64,000 bases of DNA. Origin: Candidatus Latescibacterota bacterium (lineage in GTDB: Bacteria > Latescibacterota > UBA2968 > UBA8231). The stretch is taken from positions 128,001-192,000 of the forward strand of contig CBDCSU010000006.1 of the NCBI GenBank assembly GCA_965221775.1, given 5' to 3'. Numbering within the stretch: the first letter of the stretch is position 1; the number at the start of each line of letters is the position of its first letter. The notes under the pieces were generated by a model that was given only the letters and a program-made list of their open reading frames with translations, was not told where the DNA came from and did no database searches. Shown here piece after piece: positions 60,171 to 64,000 of this stretch. A program made the translations under genes and the position numbers.

Positions 60171-60742
60171 CGGGCCGCGGCCTCCGCCGGCTGTTTCGCC
60201 GTGCCCGAGGGGATGAAGCCCCGCATCTCCAGGGCGGCCACCACCTTGGCGAGACTCTCCTCGACGCTCTCCGCCTCCGTGTCGAGGAAGACGTCGGGGT
60301 TCAGCGGCTCCTCGTACGGGTCGGAGACGCCGGTGAAGTTGGGGATCTCGCCCTTCAGGGCCTTCTCGTAGAGTCCCTTCACGTCGCGCCGCACCAGCTC
60401 GTCGAGGGAGGCGTGGACGTGGACCTCGATGAAGCGGCCGATCTCGCCGCGGACCTCGTCGCGCACCTCGCGGTACGGCGAGATGGCCGAGACGATGCTG
60501 ACGACGCCGTTGCGGGTCAGCAGATGGCTGACGAACCCGATGCGGCGGATGTTGGTGTCGCGGTCCTCCTTGCTGAATCCGAGTCCCTTGCTGAGGTTCG
60601 TGCGCACCACGTCGCCGTCGAGCAGCTCGGACTTGACGCCGCGCTCCCGCAGCAACGCCAGCAGCCGCTCCGCGATCGTGCTCTTGCCCGCGCCGGACAG
60701 CCCGGTGAACCAGACGGTCACACCTTTGTGATCGATGGTCAC
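60167..60742 (-). CDS. cysC: Adenylyl-sulfate kinase
   Basis: [32 protein letters not shown]. Confidence 0.96.
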   Translation of the reverse strand: MTIDHKGVTVWFTGLSGAGKSTIAERLLALLRERGVKSELLDGDVVRTNLSKGLGFSKEDRDTNIRRIGFVSHLLTRNGVVSIVSAISPYREVRDEVRGEIGRFIEVHVHASLDELVRRDVKGLYEKALKGEIPNFTGVSDPYEEPLNPDVFLDTEAESVEESLAKVVAALEMRGFIPSGTAKQPAEAAAR

Positions 60743-60745
60743 GCT

Positions 60746-61537
60746 TCATCTCCTTCCGAGAGTAGTGTGTCGTGATGGGGCCGCGTCTGCCTCGCCCCGG
60801 TTGCCGGTCGTTGAGACGACTTCGGCCGTCACGGGGTCGATATGGATGCCGCACTCCACCTTGTCCCCGCCCGACCAACGGCCCGCCCGCGGATCCTCAC
60901 CGGGCCTGACGGCGCGCGTGCAGTGGGTGCAGCCGATGCTGGGGTATCCGCGGTCGTGGAGGTCGTTGTAGGGCACGTCGTTCTCGCGGACGTAGTTCCA
61001 GACGTCATCCTCGGTCCACGCCGCCAGGGGGTTGATCTTGACGAGGTCGAATCTCGTGTCCCAGGCGGCGATGGCAACGTCGCGGCGGGTCTCGCCCTGG
61101 TCGCGGCGCAGGCCGGTGATCCATGCTCTCCGGCCTTCCAGGGCGCGCTCATTCGGGGCGACCTTGCGGATCTGGCAGCAGAGGTCGGGGTCGTCCTTCC
61201 ACAGCTCCGGCCCGTGCAGGACGGCCTGCTGCCCGGCGGACAGATCCGGCCTGAAGGCCAGGGGAAGGAACCCGTAGCGGCGCGCGGCTTCGTCCTTGAG
61301 GGCGTGGGTCTCCGTGAACAGGAAGCCGGTATCCACGTAGAAGACCGGCACGGACCGGTCGCTCTTCATGGCCATGTCGAGCAGGACCATGCCGGAGACG
61401 CCGCCGAAGCTGCAGGCGAGGGCGATCTCCGGCTGGAAGTTGTCGAGGGCCCAGGCCATGATCTGGCGGGGGTGAGCGGTCTCGAGCCCCGCGCTGACCT
61501 GGGCCAGCCTCTCCCCGGTCCATTCTTCTGTTTCCAT
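60746..61537 (-). CDS. cysH: (Phospho)adenylyl-sulfate reductase
   Basis: SFG, DTG, CC..RKV, GYPSIGCTHCT, RAGRW, ECGIH (Fe-S type). Confidence 0.93.
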   Translation of the reverse strand: METEEWTGERLAQVSAGLETAHPRQIMAWALDNFQPEIALACSFGGVSGMVLLDMAMKSDRSVPVFYVDTGFLFTETHALKDEAARRYGFLPLAFRPDLSAGQQAVLHGPELWKDDPDLCCQIRKVAPNERALEGRRAWITGLRRDQGETRRDVAIAAWDTRFDLVKINPLAAWTEDDVWNYVRENDVPYNDLHDRGYPSIGCTHCTRAVRPGEDPRAGRWSGGDKVECGIHIDPVTAEVVSTTGNRGEADAAPSRHTTLGRR

Positions 61538-61569
61538 GACTCCTCCGTCTCTTCTTCGTCACTCTGAAC

Positions 61570-61606
61570 AAAAAAACCGCCCCGATGACTGGCTCATCGG
61601 GGCGGT
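61570..61606 (-). terminator. Intrinsic terminator (attenuator) in the cysH leader
   Basis: 13-bp stem ACCGCCCCGATGA/TCATCGGGGCGGT, 5-nt loop, U-tract on the minus strand, about 30 nt before the cysH ATG. Confidence 0.88.
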
Positions 61607-61665
61607 GGATGCGCCTTCCTGCGTGCAGGGATTGGCGCTGCCGTGTTGGCGAGGCCGGCTTGCGT

Positions 61666-61779
61666 CTAAGGCACGGCCTCCCGCCCCGGGGTGGGCTCGC
61701 AACAACAACAGCAGCAGGTCCCCGCCATGCGGGTCCCCCGCGCCGACGCCGATCGGCCATGTGCGCGGGTCTTGATCAT
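61666..61779 (-). CDS. Poly-cysteine leader peptide (MIKTRAHGRSASARGTRMAGTCCCCCCEPTPGREAVP)
   Basis: Six consecutive Cys codons (TGC TGC TGT TGT TGT TGC) at 61699-61716; ATG at 61779 or 61728; TAG at 61666. Confidence 0.82.
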   Translation of the reverse strand: MIKTRAHGRSASARGTRMAGTCCCCCCEPTPGREAVP

Positions 61780-62051
61780 TTCCTCGTCACTTCCTCGAAT
61801 CCTGGTGGAGCGCCACCGCCGACGCGGCGACCAAAGCCCGACGAATCTACGGGGTCTCTACCTCCCCGGCAACAGCCCCGGAACGGGCCGAAGCGGGGAC
61901 GTCCGGCTCGCCCGGCCGGGGGTGAGTCGCGCGGATGGCCGGCAGGTCCCGGCGGCGGCCGGGGAGCAGCCTCTCCTGATTGACACGCCGTCGGCGGGCC
62001 GTTTCTTCAGCCCTCCGCCGGAGACAAGCCTCGAGCAGAAAGGACGACCCC

Positions 62052-63032
62052 ATGCACATCGCCCTGGCCCTGGAACCCGACGCCACCGCCGTTTCCACCT
62101 TCGGCGCCCAGTGCGGCGTCGAGCACGCCGTGGGCACCTTCGACCTGACGCCGCTGGCGGACAAGCCGGTCGACGACGACGCCCAGCCCTTCAGCCGCGT
62201 CTCCCTGGCGCGCCGCAGGTCGCAGTACGAGAGCAACGGCTATCACCTGGCCGTGATCGAGAGCCGCCCCCCCATGGAGAGCATCAAGCTCGGGCGGGAC
62301 GGGCGCGACGAGGAGATCGCCGTCTGCTGCGAGCTCATCCGCAACATGGGGGCCGCCGGCATCCCGGTGTGGTGCCCGGCGTGGATGCCCGTCCACATGG
62401 TGATCCGCACCTCGCGCCAGCTGCCGTCGCGGGGAGGCTCCAGGGTGACGGGATTCGACCTGGAGGAGTTCAACCGCACCCACGAGGCCGGCGTCCACGG
62501 CGAGATCACCGAGGCCGATCAGTGGGAGAACCTGAGATACTTCCTCGAGCGCGTCGTGCCCGTGGCCGAGGAGGCCGGCGTCAAGCTGGCCATGCATCCC
62601 GACGACCCGCCCCTGTCGCCGATCCAGGGCGTGGCCCGCATCATCAGCAGCGTCGACAACTACCAGCGCATGGTCGACCTCGTGCCCAGCCCGGCCAACG
62701 GCATCGGCCTCTGCCAGGGCAACTTCGGCCTCATGACCGACGACCTGCCCGGCGTCATCCGCCACTTCGGCGGGCAGGAGAAGATCCACTTCGTCCACTT
62801 CCGCGACATCCGCGGCACGCCGGAGAAGTTCCAGGAGGCCTTCCACGACGACGGCCAGCACGACATGGCCGCCTGTGTCCGAGCCTACAAGGACGTCGGC
62901 TACGGCGGCGTGGCACGCCCCGACCACTTCCCGCAGCTGACCTACGAGGACTTCGAGGACACGCACTCCATGGAGCGCCTCTACGCCATCGGCTACATGC
63001 GGGGCCTCATCGAGGCGGTCTACAGCGAGTGA
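62052..63032 (+). CDS. uxuA: Mannonate dehydratase family protein
   Basis: IKLGRDGRDEEI, WENLRYFLERVVPVAEEAGVKLAMHPDDPP, FVHFRD, RPDH. Confidence 0.88.
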   Translation: MHIALALEPDATAVSTFGAQCGVEHAVGTFDLTPLADKPVDDDAQPFSRVSLARRRSQYESNGYHLAVIESRPPMESIKLGRDGRDEEIAVCCELIRNMGAAGIPVWCPAWMPVHMVIRTSRQLPSRGGSRVTGFDLEEFNRTHEAGVHGEITEADQWENLRYFLERVVPVAEEAGVKLAMHPDDPPLSPIQGVARIISSVDNYQRMVDLVPSPANGIGLCQGNFGLMTDDLPGVIRHFGGQEKIHFVHFRDIRGTPEKFQEAFHDDGQHDMAACVRAYKDVGYGGVARPDHFPQLTYEDFEDTHSMERLYAIGYMRGLIEAVYSE

Positions 63033-63769
63033 GCCCCCGCCCCTCGCCGCCGGTCTCCGTGGCCCGCGGCCTCGGCCGGTCCGCGGGACGGCTGCGGTTC
63101 TCGGCCCCCGTGGCGCACGTGTACAACCCCCTGGTCTACGCCTTCGAGGCTCACAAGGCCTACCTGGAGCGCTACTGCCGGCCCACGGCCGAGACCCTGC
63201 TGGTGGGCATGAACCCCGGCCCCTGGGGCATGGTGCAGACCGGCGTCCCCTTCGGCGAGGTCGGCCTGGTCCGCGACTGGCTGGGCATCGGCGGCGGCGT
63301 GCGCCGGCCGCGGTCGCAGCACCCGCGGCGCCCGGTGGAGGGCTTCGACTGCCGCCGCAGCGAGGTCAGCGGCCGGCGCCTGTGGGGGTGGGCCCGGGAC
63401 CGCTTCGGCACCCCGGACCGCTTCTTCGACCGGTTCTTCGTGTGGAACTACTGCCCTCTCGCCTTCCTCGAGGAGAGCGGCCGCAACCGCACGCCCGACA
63501 AGCTCCCGGCGGAAGAGCGCGCCCCTCTGTTCGACACCTGCGACCGGGCGCTGCTGCGGATCGTGGATCACCTCGAGCCGGCCCGCGTCCTCGGCGTCGG
63601 CCGCTTCGGGCGCGACCGGGCCCGCGCCGCCCTCGACGGCGGCGGCTTCGTCATCGGCGAGATCCTGCACCCGAGCCCGGCGAGTCCCGCGGCCAACCGC
63701 GGCTGGGCGGGACAGGTGGAGGCCCAACTCGCCGCCCTCGGCATCGACCTGGGACCTGGAACGGATTGA
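63029..63769 (+). CDS. SMUG1-like uracil-DNA glycosylase
   Basis: VYNPLVYA, GMNPGPWGMVQTGVPFGE, SEVSGRRLW, NYCP, HPSP. Confidence 0.9.
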   Translation: MSPRPSPPVSVARGLGRSAGRLRFSAPVAHVYNPLVYAFEAHKAYLERYCRPTAETLLVGMNPGPWGMVQTGVPFGEVGLVRDWLGIGGGVRRPRSQHPRRPVEGFDCRRSEVSGRRLWGWARDRFGTPDRFFDRFFVWNYCPLAFLEESGRNRTPDKLPAEERAPLFDTCDRALLRIVDHLEPARVLGVGRFGRDRARAALDGGGFVIGEILHPSPASPAANRGWAGQVEAQLAALGIDLGPGTD

Positions 63770-63843
63770 GGCTGGACGGTGGACAACGCGACGCGGGGTA
63801 GTGTCCGCGGATCCCTTCTACTCCCTTCCCCAAGGAGGCCCCC

Positions 63844-64000
63844 ATGCAGATCGGCATCATCTCCGACACCCACGACAACTGGCCCACCCTGGACCGGGTC
63901 TGCCGCTTCATGGCCGACCGCGGCATCGGCACGTTGATCCACTGCGGCGACGTCTGCGCTCCGCTGACCCTCGGCCACCTGCTGGAGCAGTACGAGGGGC
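63844..64000 (+). CDS. YfcE-family metallophosphoesterase (partial)
   Basis: MQIGIISDTHDN...IHCGD; AAGGAGG RBS; runs off the window. Confidence 0.85.
   Translation, partial: MQIGIISDTHDNWPTLDRVCRFMADRGIGTLIHCGDVCAPLTLGHLLEQYEG

Noticed and set aside
61691-61720. Poly-Gln (CAA/CAG) start of the plus-strand 692-aa ORF
   Set aside because: It is the reverse complement of the Cys-codon run; only the 3' part of that ORF (SMUG1-like) is real
61560-61800. SAM riboswitch or T-box upstream of the cys genes
   Set aside because: No SAM-I core or T-box consensus is recognisable; the leader-peptide model explains the region
1-64000. tRNA/rRNA genes, prophage, integron attC array
   Set aside because: None recognisable by eye; tRNAscan-SE, Infernal and IntegronFinder would be needed to exclude them formally

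Overview
A GC-rich bacterial chromosome segment. The PorV-family gene and a T9SS/FlgD-tailed WD40 protein suggest an FCB-superphylum lineage such as Latescibacterota or Gemmatimonadota; this is inference. Layout from start to end: a heparinase II/III-like gene; a decaying defence/TA islet (about 2.8-10.7 kb) with a PIN-TA remnant, HicB, DUF5131 plus a TcmP remnant, an unknown two-gene pair, an IS3 remnant, a single-chain RM enzyme and MntA-HepT; a housekeeping operon (ecfT-truA-htrA-like-psd-pssA-DUF4321-tatA-gatA-porV-like); pcm, sodN and radC; an Lnt-TatC fusion; an IS630; manC/manA-like genes; an Mre11/Rad50-like (YhaO/YhaN) pair; a probable 9-kb allele-replacement segment with a large WD40 metalloprotease; a copper efflux operon (TolC-CusB-CusA-small gene-CopA); cysH-cysC-sat; uxuA and a SMUG1-like gene. 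Three signals are missed or unexplained by the ORF track. (1) A probable selenoprotein (in-frame UGA forming a UxxC motif, with a SECIS-like hairpin) lies between cusA and copA. (2) A six-cysteine leader peptide with terminator and antiterminator precedes the sulfate assimilation operon, the layout of a classical cysteine attenuator. (3) A Cys-rich, RxPP-containing upstream ORF precedes the copper operon. Also notable are a CTG start codon for gatA and scars of gene replacement.
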